45,213 bases of DNA from a virus (IMGVR_UViG_3300007973_000004:1-45213); one strand, 5' to 3'. Shown: positions 19,573 to 28,771, counted from the stretch's first letter. A program made the numbers and translations. Notes: generated by a model not told the origin, from the letters alone.

Positions 19573-20072
19573 TTGCTGAATGCTGTTCGTATCCGCATCT
19601 TAAGATCTTTGCTCACTTGGCCACTGTTGAACAAGTCTTGCTGCTGAAAGGTGTCGGTCCATTGTCTAGGTGCAAGATTGGTGCTTAGTCCTTCGTGAAC
19701 GTACCAAGCATATCCCCTGCCACTGTCGTTCTTCGCATCCCAGTTCCACGAGGCAGTCACGTCCATGTCTCCTTGGGTGATTGAAAAGCTATCCCTGCCA
19801 CTTCTGTAAAGCTCTCCTAAGTCAAAAATGTCACGAGGGCTTCCAACTGTATCCCCGTTTTTCCTTTTAGTTTCTCCAATGTCACGAGGGCTTCCAACTG
19901 TATCCCCGTTTTTCCTTTTAGTTTCTCCGCCGTAAGGCCATTTCTCTTCTAGGAATTCGTTGCGAAAATGATCATTCACGTCAAAGCGTGACCAGGTTTC
20001 AAAAGCTTTTGACAGTTTTTTGACAAGCGCTTCTGGATTGATAAATTCTCCGCCAACAATGGTTGCGCTCAT
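19569..20072 (-). CDS. Neck / tail completion protein (HK97 gp10-like)
   Basis: SPRDIFDLGELYRS, YAWYVHEG...PRQWT motifs. ATG at 20072 overlaps upstream TGA (ATGA). Confidence 0.65.
   Translation of the reverse strand: MSATIVGGEFINPEALVKKLSKAFETWSRFDVNDHFRNEFLEEKWPYGGETKRKNGDTVGSPRDIGETKRKNGDTVGSPRDIFDLGELYRSGRDSFSITQGDMDVTASWNWDAKNDSGRGYAWYVHEGLSTNLAPRQWTDTFQQQDLFNSGQVSKDLKMRIRTAFSK
19827..19928. repeat. Exact 51-bp tandem duplication (19827-19877, 19878-19928)
   Basis: aatgtcacgagggcttccaactgtatccccgtttttccttttagtttctcc twice; encodes GETKRKNGDTVGSPRDI twice. Confidence 0.98.
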
Positions 20073-20479
20073 GGTGCCATCAGGTGACGAAGGATCAAGT
20101 CTGGAACCAAAAATCTGCAACGCTCGTAAGCGATGTCGTCTCCATGAAAATATCGTGGAGTGGCATCGGGAAATCTACGCACCATTCTGTCCATTGCCAA
20201 TGCAAGAGTGTTGGCGCTAGGCGTATATTGCACTAGCACCACTTCCCACACTTGCGTCACCTTGACTGTGCCTCCCAATGGAGATCGCGGAGCGAGTTCT
20301 GGAAATTCGCGCATGGTCACTTCTAGCCCTTTGGCTTTCCATTCCTTGGGCACGCTCTGTCTCCCCACCACATATACAGCAGGAAGTGTTGAATTATTTG
20401 GCAATGTATAGAGACCAATCAAATTGGGCGATGCAGAAAGAAGAGTGGTGACAGTATCACGCAGTTGGGAAATGTCCAT
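20069..20479 (-). CDS. Putative tail terminator / head-tail joining protein (136 aa)
   Basis: Size, PAVYV motif and beta-strand pattern; position beside tube gene. Confidence 0.5.
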   Translation of the reverse strand: MDISQLRDTVTTLLSASPNLIGLYTLPNNSTLPAVYVVGRQSVPKEWKAKGLEVTMREFPELAPRSPLGGTVKVTQVWEVVLVQYTPSANTLALAMDRMVRRFPDATPRYFHGDDIAYERCRFLVPDLILRHLMAP

Positions 20480-20480
20480 T

Positions 20481-20508
20481 AAAAAAGCCTGTCCCGTAAG
20501 GACAGGCT
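20481..20508 (-). terminator. Intrinsic terminator after major tail tube gene
   Basis: Minus strand AGCCTGTCC-TTACG-GGACAGGCT followed by TTTTT. Confidence 0.85.
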
Positions 20509-20532
20509 AGCGAATTGATCGCGAAACAATGA

Positions 20533-21111
20533 TCAGCTATTGGGAGCAGTGGGGATGATGCTGCCAGTATTAGTGGCATTTTGGTGAATGCCAATGCGAC
20601 CACGGCTAATTAGATCGAAAGTCACTTCAACCAGGTTATCAGCAGGATAGCTTTCGCTGTAGTTCATCACACGACCAGTGTAAGCCACGCGGTCATAGTA
20701 GAAAGTGGTGCCAGAAGAACCAAGTTGCTTGTTGATTTCAACGTACACTTCGGCATCTTTGTCGTAGCGGCCAGTGGCAATCACTTGGAAAGCTTCGTCA
20801 AAACTGTTAGGAACGAAGGTGGTGCCATCAACATCCTTCTGGAAGTAGGCGGTGATGGAAGTGGTGGCTTGGCTGGTAACAATGACGCTATCAGAGAAGC
20901 CGCCGCCGCCCAGCAGATAGAACTCAGTGTTGCCATCATTGAAGGCAACAGAAGCCGTGGTGGCAGCTTGCAGAGTGTAGAGAGTGGGAGCGCCGCTAAC
21001 AGTGAAGGTGGCGCCGCTCTGCGTGATAACAGGGCGTGCGATGCCACCGATAGAGCCAACGCGGACAATCACGTCCTGGCTCTTCACTAGCTCAGTGGGA
21101 TGGTAGAGCAT
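20533..21111 (-). CDS. Major tail tube protein (192 aa)
   Basis: Strong codon bias, own terminator, GRVMNYSESYPADNLVEVTFDLISRG tube-like C-terminus. Confidence 0.8.
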   Translation of the reverse strand: MLYHPTELVKSQDVIVRVGSIGGIARPVITQSGATFTVSGAPTLYTLQAATTASVAFNDGNTEFYLLGGGGFSDSVIVTSQATTSITAYFQKDVDGTTFVPNSFDEAFQVIATGRYDKDAEVYVEINKQLGSSGTTFYYDRVAYTGRVMNYSESYPADNLVEVTFDLISRGRIGIHQNATNTGSIIPTAPNS

Positions 21112-21141
21112 TGGAAAATCCTCAATGGGAAAGAAGAGAAA

Positions 21142-21531
21142 TTAAGCGTTGTCCACGCTTCCTTTGCCAATCAGTCTAAAAATTCCCCTGACTGGCGTGC
21201 CTAAAAACTGCCAATAATGAATAGCAATTTGCTCGTTAGGCAATAGTTCAAATCGCCCTTCTCTCCCATTGATTGTTGCCCTAGCAGAATCTCCTACAGT
21301 TACGCCAGATAAAGCAAGAGCGCTGGTCATCCTGCCTTCCATATAGACGGCAGTCATGTCAGCGCCCAAGAGTTGGTCGTAACGAGGATTTTGTTTTTGC
21401 TTTAGCGTGGCATAGAAGGTAACGCCAGTAGCCGCAGGCACATAGTTGCCAGTTTCATTGTCAAGAACATAGCCCGAAGCCACACTAAATACCAAAGTGG
21501 CATTTGCAAGTGGCTCCAGGAAGTTGCTCAT
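21142..21531 (-). CDS. Head closure / head-tail adaptor (129 aa)
   Basis: LDNETGNYV motif, beta-rich, follows DUF4054-like adaptor. Confidence 0.55.
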   Translation of the reverse strand: MSNFLEPLANATLVFSVASGYVLDNETGNYVPAATGVTFYATLKQKQNPRYDQLLGADMTAVYMEGRMTSALALSGVTVGDSARATINGREGRFELLPNEQIAIHYWQFLGTPVRGIFRLIGKGSVDNA

Positions 21532-21839
21532 ACGACAAAACCAACGGAAGAAAGGGGAAGATTATTAGTCATCCGTTTGAACTCTTGGCCATATTGAGTG
21601 GCATCAAGTCCTTCGCCATACACTTTGCCTTCAGTGGCACCAATTTGAATGCCCATTTGAGCAAGTTGAATGGCAATGATATGAGCAGCAAGAAACTTTA
21701 CTGCTCGGTCTGTTTGATCCCCAAATACATCAGCCGATGCATCGTAAGTGGCTTCCGTGATGGCGCCATTGACAATGCCCGAAGGATGTGGGCTAAATTC
21801 AGGGAAACGTTCAAGAAAGCTATTGTAAGTGACGGCCAT
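21528..21839 (-). CDS. Head-to-tail adaptor (DUF4054-like)
   Basis: FLERFPEF, LAAHII, LDATQYGQEF motifs. Confidence 0.8.
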   Translation of the reverse strand: MAVTYNSFLERFPEFSPHPSGIVNGAITEATYDASADVFGDQTDRAVKFLAAHIIAIQLAQMGIQIGATEGKVYGEGLDATQYGQEFKRMTNNLPLSSVGFVV

Positions 21840-21841
21840 AA

Positions 21842-22228
21842 TCAGGCCTTCCCAATACGAATGGCTTCCACACGTTTTGCAATGGCATTCCTCACGCGGA
21901 TACGGCCTTCAATCTTTTTCCAATCACCGAGGCGATCTGGATCATGGATGAGTTCAATGGCACGAATGGCTTGAACGAGGGGAAGTTCGCTAAGGCTTTG
22001 AACATTTTCAGGCAGAGTGTCTACCATCACTTGTTCTTGCATTTCTTCAATGGCGCCAATAGCAAGCAGCTTCTTGACAGTGCCATTTTCCTTGGCTTCC
22101 TTCCACTTCTCATCAGGAATTTCCTGATTAAGGCCAGGAGTGAGCTGAATCAAGCCACTCCTGGTGATAATGCCAAACCCTGCATCGCGAGGGGGATTTT
22201 CAAGTTCGGGGCGGTAAGCAATAAGCAT
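21842..22228 (-). CDS. Hypothetical virion-associated protein (128 aa)
   Basis: Between capsid and adaptor; LTPGLN and EGRIRVRNAI motifs. Confidence 0.6.
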   Translation of the reverse strand: MLIAYRPELENPPRDAGFGIITRSGLIQLTPGLNQEIPDEKWKEAKENGTVKKLLAIGAIEEMQEQVMVDTLPENVQSLSELPLVQAIRAIELIHDPDRLGDWKKIEGRIRVRNAIAKRVEAIRIGKA

Positions 22229-22284
22229 TGTTCAATAAAAACAATTGCACATAGCTTAACGCCCTTGTGCTTGATTAACTATCC

Positions 22285-23193
22285 TCAGGCAGAAGCCTGA
22301 ACGTAGATGACGCTCTTGGGATAGTACAGAGCCACGCCACCAACGCGAGCATGAGCGGGAACGATGAATTCCAGACCACGCTGTTGAGGGGGGAACAGTT
22401 CCAGGGGCTGAGGGATGTGCAGTTGCACTTTCTCAGGATCACGCTTGTACACCACCATACGGTTGGTGTTCAGCACGCTGTTGTCGGCATCCAGTTGGTT
22501 GATGGGCTCAACGTTACGGATGTAGGGGTTGGTGCGCAGGAAGTATTCCAGCACGGTCACGTCCGAAGAATCGGAGTTGCGGGTGGTGCTGACTTTGTTG
22601 TAGTCTTCCCAAGCCATCAGAATGGTGTCGGGCTGCTCCTTCATCTTCGAACCGTTGATGATGGCAGTCACGCCATAGTTCAGCAGTTCCAGCATTTCCT
22701 GAGCAGTGGTGCCACTACCATTGAACCACTTATCGGCAGCCACAACGTCCACGGTGGAGTTGTTGAGGAAACCAGACATGCCAACGGCACTTTCACCGAA
22801 GAAAGCCACGTCTTCCACTTTCTCTTCATAGGCACGACGCACAGCAGCAGCACGACGCTGCTCCAGGGCGATGTTGGCCATTTGAGCGGCACGCAGTTCC
22901 TGAACGGTGTAGCCGAAGCTACCGCCGAAGGAACGGATGCTGATGCTCTTCTCCACTTGGCTGATGTCGGCACGGGGCAGATCATCGGCAGCATCAGCGA
23001 TCAGCTTGAACTCACCAGTGGAGTCCATGATGCGATAGGTGAAGGTTTGAGCACCAGGGCCAGCTTCGCTGGTCACAGGCAGCACAGTCGGATATTTGAT
23101 ATCCGCATACTGCACTTCAAACACTTGGGGGCGAATGTACTCAAGCTGACGCTCAAGAAACAGGCCCGCATCATCCATACGGAATTCAGACAT
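22285..23193 (-). CDS. Major capsid protein (DUF2184 / encapsulin-like HK97 fold)
   Basis: FLERQLEYI..QVFE..Y, GYTVQELRAA, VPAHARVGGV..YYP. ATG 23193 has a GGAGG RBS; strong codon bias. Confidence 0.9.
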   Translation of the reverse strand: MSEFRMDDAGLFLERQLEYIRPQVFEVQYADIKYPTVLPVTSEAGPGAQTFTYRIMDSTGEFKLIADAADDLPRADISQVEKSISIRSFGGSFGYTVQELRAAQMANIALEQRRAAAVRRAYEEKVEDVAFFGESAVGMSGFLNNSTVDVVAADKWFNGSGTTAQEMLELLNYGVTAIINGSKMKEQPDTILMAWEDYNKVSTTRNSDSSDVTVLEYFLRTNPYIRNVEPINQLDADNSVLNTNRMVVYKRDPEKVQLHIPQPLELFPPQQRGLEFIVPAHARVGGVALYYPKSVIYVQASA

Positions 23194-23209
23194 TTTTAAG
23201 AGCCTCCTA

Positions 23210-23770
23210 TCAAGAATCAGCAGAGAGAGTGAAGGACGGACCATTCAGTTCCAGAATGGCAATGCCAGCACCAGTGGTGGAGGAAAGGAAACGAGCACCA
23301 GCGAGGCGAACGGTCTTGCCCGATGCAAAAGCATGGGAGAATTGACCAGCCTTACCAGTGCCGCTTGCGCTATACAGCACACGCACGGGAGATGCAGGGG
23401 TGACGGCGCCAGTCACGTAGACGGCAACTGCACCTTCAGACACCACATTCAGAGCCTGATCCAGCTTCACACCAGGACGGCTGTCGCCATCGAGGGCGGT
23501 TTCGTCCACATAGGTGAGAACGTTAACGCCGAGGAAAGTGTCGCCAGTGGCAGAGATGGTCTTAGCACCAAGGCCGTTAGTGCCAGTGCTGTCATAGACC
23601 AGACCGTTGCCGAAAGGAAGAACAACAGCGGTTTCGTTGATGCGGGTAACAATGGTATTGTTACGGATGTCGGAGAGTTGACCTTCCAGCAGTGCAGTGT
23701 GCTCCAGAGCGTAAGCCTGTTGCACGCCACCAGCCGCTGCGGTGCCCGAAGCAGAGAAAGATACGGCCAT
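23210..23770 (-). CDS. Capsid decoration / cement protein (186 aa)
   Basis: Between scaffold and capsid; LPFGNGLV, NVVSEGAVAV, GARFLSS motifs. Confidence 0.75.
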   Translation of the reverse strand: MAVSFSASGTAAAGGVQQAYALEHTALLEGQLSDIRNNTIVTRINETAVVLPFGNGLVYDSTGTNGLGAKTISATGDTFLGVNVLTYVDETALDGDSRPGVKLDQALNVVSEGAVAVYVTGAVTPASPVRVLYSASGTGKAGQFSHAFASGKTVRLAGARFLSSTTGAGIAILELNGPSFTLSADS

Positions 23771-23772
23771 AA

Positions 23773-24966
23773 TTACTTAGCCTCCTTGGAGATGGAAAGG
23801 GGCTTCTTCCAAGCATTCTGCAGCATGTCCATGTAGGACGAAGGTGCAGACTGAGGAGAAGCAATGGAAGCTACGGCTTTACGCAGCTCGTCGGTGGTTG
23901 CGGAATCTTTGCGACCCTCAGAGAGAGTGTCAAACATTGCCTGCACGTAGTCGTCGCTCTTCTCAGAGAGATCAAGCTCGTCACCACGCACTGCTTTGAT
24001 GGAATCAACCATCACTTCACGGGCAGTTTTGCCAGCGAATGCATAAGCTGCATCAAGAACAGGCTTGGCTTTCTCGATAAGAGCCACGCGCTCTTCCACC
24101 ATGGAATCAAGATTAATTTCCTTGGCAGCAGCCAGCTCAGCGTTGAGTTCTTCAACTTGCTCAGCCAGAGCATCTGCACGACCCTCGGCGGAATCGCACT
24201 TGCCCTTCATTTCTTTTTGCATGGCGTCCATTTCTTCCTTCATTTTGGAAGCTTCGGACATCATGCCATCGTACTTTTTCTTCATGTCCTCGTAGGACAT
24301 TTTGGCATCTTCCCGTTCTTTGGTAATCGCCAGAGCAACGCTCTCGCTCACCTCGAACTCGGCGCCATCGAAGTTGACCTTAGCAGTCATAGATGGATCC
24401 TCGTCATTTGTAATTAAGGATGGATCGGCGGCATCTTGGCGATCAAGATGAAGCTTCACTTGCGGGCCAGCGCGGCCCCGACGAACAACAGCAATGTGAT
24501 TTCCGAGGATTTCCTTTTGGATGCCATCGTAATTTTCGCCGCTGTCAGTAACGCCAGGCGTAGGATCGTAATTAACCCTATAGCCAGCGCTTACCTCACG
24601 AGCATCGCCACGCATGATACGCTCGATGGTGTCTTGGTCCGTAATTGTCATTACGGCTTTGACGAAACCATTGTCGTACACCACTTCAGTGCCGCTAAAT
24701 CCTACTTGGTAGTCTTTAGTATTTTCGGCATCAAGAAGGACGGGAGGGTGCTCAGAAGTGATTGCCTTGCCCGCAAAGGAAGCAAGACTATCGGGAGACG
24801 CCACTTCTGTCTCGGGCCTGTATTCACGACGCACGGAACCATCAGCGTCTGTATAGAGCTGAATTCCCGTGCGAGCAATGGAGGCCCACGCCCGAAGATA
24901 ACCTTCTGGCGTCACCTCATATTTCTCAATGGGAGAGAAATCGTATCGGCAAGAAATGGTGCTCAT
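23773..24966 (-). CDS. DUF2213-type prohead protease-scaffold protein (397 aa)
   Basis: TPEGYL..ARTGIQLY, ITSEHP, EVSAGY, NHIAVVRRGRAGP, followed by an acidic coiled coil. Confidence 0.9.
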   Translation of the reverse strand: MSTISCRYDFSPIEKYEVTPEGYLRAWASIARTGIQLYTDADGSVRREYRPETEVASPDSLASFAGKAITSEHPPVLLDAENTKDYQVGFSGTEVVYDNGFVKAVMTITDQDTIERIMRGDAREVSAGYRVNYDPTPGVTDSGENYDGIQKEILGNHIAVVRRGRAGPQVKLHLDRQDAADPSLITNDEDPSMTAKVNFDGAEFEVSESVALAITKEREDAKMSYEDMKKKYDGMMSEASKMKEEMDAMQKEMKGKCDSAEGRADALAEQVEELNAELAAAKEINLDSMVEERVALIEKAKPVLDAAYAFAGKTAREVMVDSIKAVRGDELDLSEKSDDYVQAMFDTLSEGRKDSATTDELRKAVASIASPQSAPSSYMDMLQNAWKKPLSISKEAK

Positions 24967-25029
24967 ATATTTACTTTACCAATAAATGGCATTTATCATA
25001 AATACAACTATTCAAAACAGACTAGGTTC

Positions 25030-25314
25030 ATGATGTTTCTAGCGAGGAGCACTGCCGACGTGCTTAAAATGCCGCACCAGCAGGCTCGTCTTCTCATTGC
25101 TTCTCGCATTAAAGAAGCCCGCCTTAACAGCGGGCTTTCTCAAAAGGATGTGGCAGAAGCTTTGCATATCAGTCAAAGTTCCTATTCTCGGATGGAAAGG
25201 GCCACGCTTGCTCCTGACTGCGTGCAGGTGAGGACTCTCAGTGGGCTCTATGGCATCAGCGTGTTGTGGCTGATGGGCTACCCATCTTTTATTGTCAATG
25301 CGAGAAGGGAGTGA
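25030..25314 (+). CDS. XRE-family HTH regulator (start could be 25030, 25060 or 25069)
   Basis: RIKEARLNSGLSQKDVAEALHISQSSYSRMER...LYGISVLWLMG. Confidence 0.85.
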   Translation: MMFLARSTADVLKMPHQQARLLIASRIKEARLNSGLSQKDVAEALHISQSSYSRMERATLAPDCVQVRTLSGLYGISVLWLMGYPSFIVNARRE

Positions 25315-25356
25315 TCAATCCTCTATTGTCAATACGAAAGAGAGTGATCAATCCTC
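25290..25356. repeat. Imperfect 34/33-bp tandem duplication at convergent gene ends
   Basis: tattgtcaatgcgagaagggagtgatcaatcctc / tattgtcaatacgaaagagagtgatcaatcctc. Confidence 0.9.
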
Positions 25357-25662
25357 GTCGTCCTCGTCATCCCCGCGAATATCGCGAAGCTGGTCTTCAA
25401 TATTTTCCATGATATAGGACTTGGCGATGGCCTCAATTTCAAACGTGAGAAACTTAGTGGGCTCAAAATGGGGATCAGGCTTGTCGTAAACACTCATCAC
25501 ATAGATGTGGGTTTCGTCAAGCCGTCCATTCTTGAAGCATTGCTTCTCAACAAGTTCCCACTGGCAAGTATTGCGATGCTCGTTAGCAGAGAGGATGGCC
25601 AATGCTTGCATCAAGCCAATCCCTTCCTCTTCTTCCTCGATGACGCGCACGTATTCGCTCAT
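25348..25662 (-). CDS. Hypothetical acidic protein (104 aa)
   Basis: ATGA-coupled to upstream ORF. Confidence 0.65.
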   Translation of the reverse strand: MSEYVRVIEEEEEGIGLMQALAILSANEHRNTCQWELVEKQCFKNGRLDETHIYVMSVYDKPDPHFEPTKFLTFEIEAIAKSYIMENIEDQLRDIRGDDEDDED

Positions 25663-26012
25663 TGACCTTTTTGACGGCTTTCCATCATTTTAATGATGCG
25701 ATTGGCCCAAGATCTCCCGGCATCTCCGCCCCATAGCATCCAGGAAATATATCCAGCATCATCCTCGCCTCCACTTTTGTTCTTCTCGTGGCGAGAGAAA
25801 AACGCAGACATGCGTTTGATGGTGGCATAGCTGATCTTGCCGCCGCCAGCAAGATCACCAGCCCTGGCTACTCCGCTGCCAATGCCCTGCTTGCCAGCTT
25901 CCTGCGTCGTCAAGCCTCCTTTGCCGTGCTTCTTACGCAGCTCTAGCCCACGACGTGCAGCAGCTCTTACAGCGGCAGGAGGAGCGAAGCTTTCAGCATC
26001 GCCCCTCAGCGC
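25659..26012 (-). CDS. Head-associated domain (RM..FF.RH / W.LWGGDAG..W), reached by -1 frameshift from the upstream ORF
   Basis: Frame stays open 99 nt upstream of the tracked TTG (ALRGDAESFAPPAAVRAAARRGLELRKKHGKGG) with no start codon, back to the slippery site. Confidence 0.8.
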   Translation of the reverse strand, partial: ALRGDAESFAPPAAVRAAARRGLELRKKHGKGGLTTQEAGKQGIGSGVARAGDLAGGGKISYATIKRMSAFFSRHEKNKSGGEDDAGYISWMLWGGDAGRSWANRIIKMMESRQKGQ

Positions 26013-26269
26013 TTTTTTTCACAGTTACCATCCATTTCTTCTTCCATGCCCTCTTCTTCCATGCACATCATGGTATCAATGTAAGCATCAATGTAAGCAT
26101 CGCTCTTGCCTTTCATTGACATGTCAGCTTCAGAGAGAGCAATGGCAATTGCTTGCTTGCGGTTGGTCACTGCTTTTTTGTCACTGCCCTTGAGAGTGCC
26201 AGCTTTGAACTCACGCATCACTTTGGCAATCTTGCGTTGCTTGCCTTTCTGGGTGGTGGGGGCTTTCAT
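26006..26269 (-). CDS. Small basic/acidic protein (DUF6496-like), N-terminal part of frameshift fusion
   Basis: KVMREFKAGTLKGS...VTNRKQAIAIALSEA motif; ends GAA AAA AAG CGC TGA. Confidence 0.75.
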   Translation of the reverse strand: MKAPTTQKGKQRKIAKVMREFKAGTLKGSDKKAVTNRKQAIAIALSEADMSMKGKSDAYIDAYIDTMMCMEEEGMEEEMDGNCEKKR

Positions 26270-26286
26270 TGGACCATGGGTGACAA

Positions 26287-27000
26287 TTAGAAATAGTCTA
26301 CATTAAATACTGGCTTTAGTTTTCCATCTTTAATTGCTTCGGCTCTTGACGCATAGCTCAGTTGATGGCCTGATTTGTCAATGCATTGAAAATAAGATTT
26401 GCAATAACTAGACGGCGGACAGGAATGATTGTAATGATCGGTTTCCGTTTCATAAAGATTGGCCACTTTAGGGGCCAATGACCCAAGCCAAAATTCCTGC
26501 ATTGTGCGATCTTTCCCCACAATAAAATCATTATCTAAGCGCCGCAAATAAGAAGCATTTGCCCACCAGAAATTTCCAGATGGATGCGGCACTGGATGAG
26601 TGCGCCAATTAACAGTGGCCAGATCATGATCACCCAAGTAATCTATGGCCAGCCTCCAATTGATAATCAAATAATGCTGCATCATCATTCGCCAATCATC
26701 TTGATTGGCTGTTGGGTGAGAGATGCCCTTGCTGTGCATGTATAAGATCTTGGACGATGGCTCAGCTTCTGCAATTTCCTTTGCCAGCAATAGCGAAGGT
26801 TCCTCAGAGAAGCCATTCTCTCGATGAACAATAGTGCAATGCCTCAGCGGAGGAACTGCACTATTGCCGTTGATGGACAGGAACAAATGAGCGTAGTCCA
26901 GCAGTCCGCTTGCTTGTAGCAGTCCAAGCTGCTCCGCAAATAGCTTTTCCCATCCAGGGGCTTGAAATAGATGGTAGACAATGCGAAGCCTATTGGTCAT
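26287..27000 (-). CDS. Putative glycosyltransferase-like protein (237 aa)
   Basis: ILYMHSKG, DWRMMM, HPSGNFWWA..SY, EFWLG motifs seen in viral GT-like proteins; cluster context. Confidence 0.55.
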   Translation of the reverse strand: MTNRLRIVYHLFQAPGWEKLFAEQLGLLQASGLLDYAHLFLSINGNSAVPPLRHCTIVHRENGFSEEPSLLLAKEIAEAEPSSKILYMHSKGISHPTANQDDWRMMMQHYLIINWRLAIDYLGDHDLATVNWRTHPVPHPSGNFWWANASYLRRLDNDFIVGKDRTMQEFWLGSLAPKVANLYETETDHYNHSCPPSSYCKSYFQCIDKSGHQLSYASRAEAIKDGKLKPVFNVDYF

Positions 27001-27608
27001 TAGTCGTTAAACACTACAAGCATCAAGTCATCATACCTGCCCTTCTTCGAGCGAATATCCACTTCTTCAGCTCTCATGCCAGAAGGCACTCGGCTAAGCA
27101 AGCTGGGCATCCACGATGGATCTTGAATGTCTTCAATGATTGCCACGCCTCCTTTTTTAAGCAGAGGTAGATACAGCTCCAGGAATTGCTCTTGACTCTC
27201 CAGCGTATGCGGGCCATCGTCAATGATCACATCAATACCGCCTTTGGCAATTGCTTTGATTTTGCTAATGGTCTCAACGCAATAGGCATTCTCAATCAAG
27301 AATTTGTAACGATCCTCTTCCATCCTTTCAGGGATTGATGCGTCATAAGCCTTTTCAATATCCACTCCAATGACAAAGCTATTTGGCAGCAAGTCGTGCC
27401 ATAGCAGCATGGAGCCGCCAAGCTGAATGCCAACTTCCAGAATGGTGCAATTGCTATTGGCTAGCGGACAGAGCAACTGTTCGTAGACAGGACCATATGA
27501 ATGGATGGTTTGCTTGTCAGTGCCACCTGGCGCTTCAAAGCCATTGACATTGCACTTGTTCAGGATTGCATCAATGCGAGGAGCATCGTTAAATTGGGAA
27601 AGTTTCAT
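27000..27608 (-). CDS. SAM-dependent (sugar) O-methyltransferase
   Basis: TDK..IHSY..VYE, ILEVGIQLGGS..LW, IGVDI, DVIIDDGPH, GG..IIEDI (MycE / Methyltransf_24-like). Confidence 0.85.
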   Translation of the reverse strand: MKLSQFNDAPRIDAILNKCNVNGFEAPGGTDKQTIHSYGPVYEQLLCPLANSNCTILEVGIQLGGSMLLWHDLLPNSFVIGVDIEKAYDASIPERMEEDRYKFLIENAYCVETISKIKAIAKGGIDVIIDDGPHTLESQEQFLELYLPLLKKGGVAIIEDIQDPSWMPSLLSRVPSGMRAEEVDIRSKKGRYDDLMLVVFND

Positions 27609-27610
27609 GA

Positions 27611-28771
27611 TTAGTATTCCTTGATGGAAGGCAAGCAAGTGTAAATTTTGCCAGCAAATTCTTGGCGTAAAGAACTTGCAATGTAAGGCGCAAAATTATG
27701 GGCAAGAATGATGATGTTGTCCACGGGATTCGTTTTCAATGCGTCCCTGCTAACAATTTCAAGGCCAGCCCCTGGGATGTATTTGCCTTGCTTTCCTGGA
27801 GTGTCATCAATTACATATGAGCTTGGCATATTGTCAATTGTCAAATGCAGCGCATTAAGGAAAACCACGCCCTTGGCAGCAGCTCCAAAGAATGCAGTGC
27901 GTCCTTCTAGCGATGCAATAAACTCACGGCTGTCGCCAATAATTTCGTGGCACTCTTTATTAAATGCCGCAAAATCAATCCGCTCCTCTTTCTCTTTATA
28001 GGCATCAACTACGCCCGACATGCCCCCCGCATATTCCTTGTTTGTCATCCACATGCGCATGGTTCCACCATGCATGCTGTTTTCCTGCATATAAATAATC
28101 CGCAGTCCATACTGCTGGAATAATTGCTCCAATGGTGAGACAAGCCAGTAATAATAGTGTTCGTGATAAAACTGATCAAATTGCAGAGTTGCAAGAGTGG
28201 TCAGCGTATATGGAAACTCCAGCACCCACACGCCATCTAGATGCTTTTGAATGCCACGAAGGAATGAATGGATATCTTTAGTGTGTTGAAATACGTTGGT
28301 AGAAACAATCAGATTTGCCTTTGGCAGATCCATGTCTTCATTGAAAAAACCTTTGCAATATTCGATTCCAGCTTCCTCGTTAATGCTGCGGAAACTCTCG
28401 CTGGCGTCTACATTGATAAACCGCTTAGGCTTAACACCACACCAGAATTCTGATTCTTTAGATTCTTCTCGAAACGACTTGAGCAAGGTGCCGTCATTGC
28501 CGCCAATATCAATGACTGTTTCAAGATTCAAATGGTACAAAGAGCGATACATCTCTTTGCAATGTTTAATATATGGCTCACTTACGCCACTCTGGTAGAG
28601 ATAGTGTTCGTACAGCTTATCGGGCGGTACTTCCGTATCAAGATGAATGGTTAAATCGTCTTGATATACAGCTTTCAGCGGGTAGCGAATGGCAGCTAGC
28701 GCCTCCTCGGCCGTGTCACAGAGGTTGTTGACCAAGGGTTGATCAACTAAATCCAAGAGCGTTTGTGCCAT
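27611..28771 (-). CDS. NDP-sugar C-methyltransferase (NovU/TcaB9-like)
   Basis: LDL..QPLVN, IDIGGNDGTLL, FDQFYHEHYYY, HGGTMR, FGAAAKG..FLN, DDTPGKQGKYIPG. Confidence 0.9.
   Translation of the reverse strand: MAQTLLDLVDQPLVNNLCDTAEEALAAIRYPLKAVYQDDLTIHLDTEVPPDKLYEHYLYQSGVSEPYIKHCKEMYRSLYHLNLETVIDIGGNDGTLLKSFREESKESEFWCGVKPKRFINVDASESFRSINEEAGIEYCKGFFNEDMDLPKANLIVSTNVFQHTKDIHSFLRGIQKHLDGVWVLEFPYTLTTLATLQFDQFYHEHYYYWLVSPLEQLFQQYGLRIIYMQENSMHGGTMRMWMTNKEYAGGMSGVVDAYKEKEERIDFAAFNKECHEIIGDSREFIASLEGRTAFFGAAAKGVVFLNALHLTIDNMPSSYVIDDTPGKQGKYIPGAGLEIVSRDALKTNPVDNIIILAHNFAPYIASSLRQEFAGKIYTCLPSIKEY

Noticed and set aside
22351-23199. 282-aa ORF antisense to major capsid, and similar plus-strand ORFs across 1-34 kb
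   Set aside because: Stop-free antisense frames are expected from strong codon bias; no protein motifs
24436-25029. N-terminal ~200 aa of the tracked 292-aa plus-strand ORF
   Set aside because: Antisense shadow of the DUF2213 gene; only the C-terminal HTH part is credible
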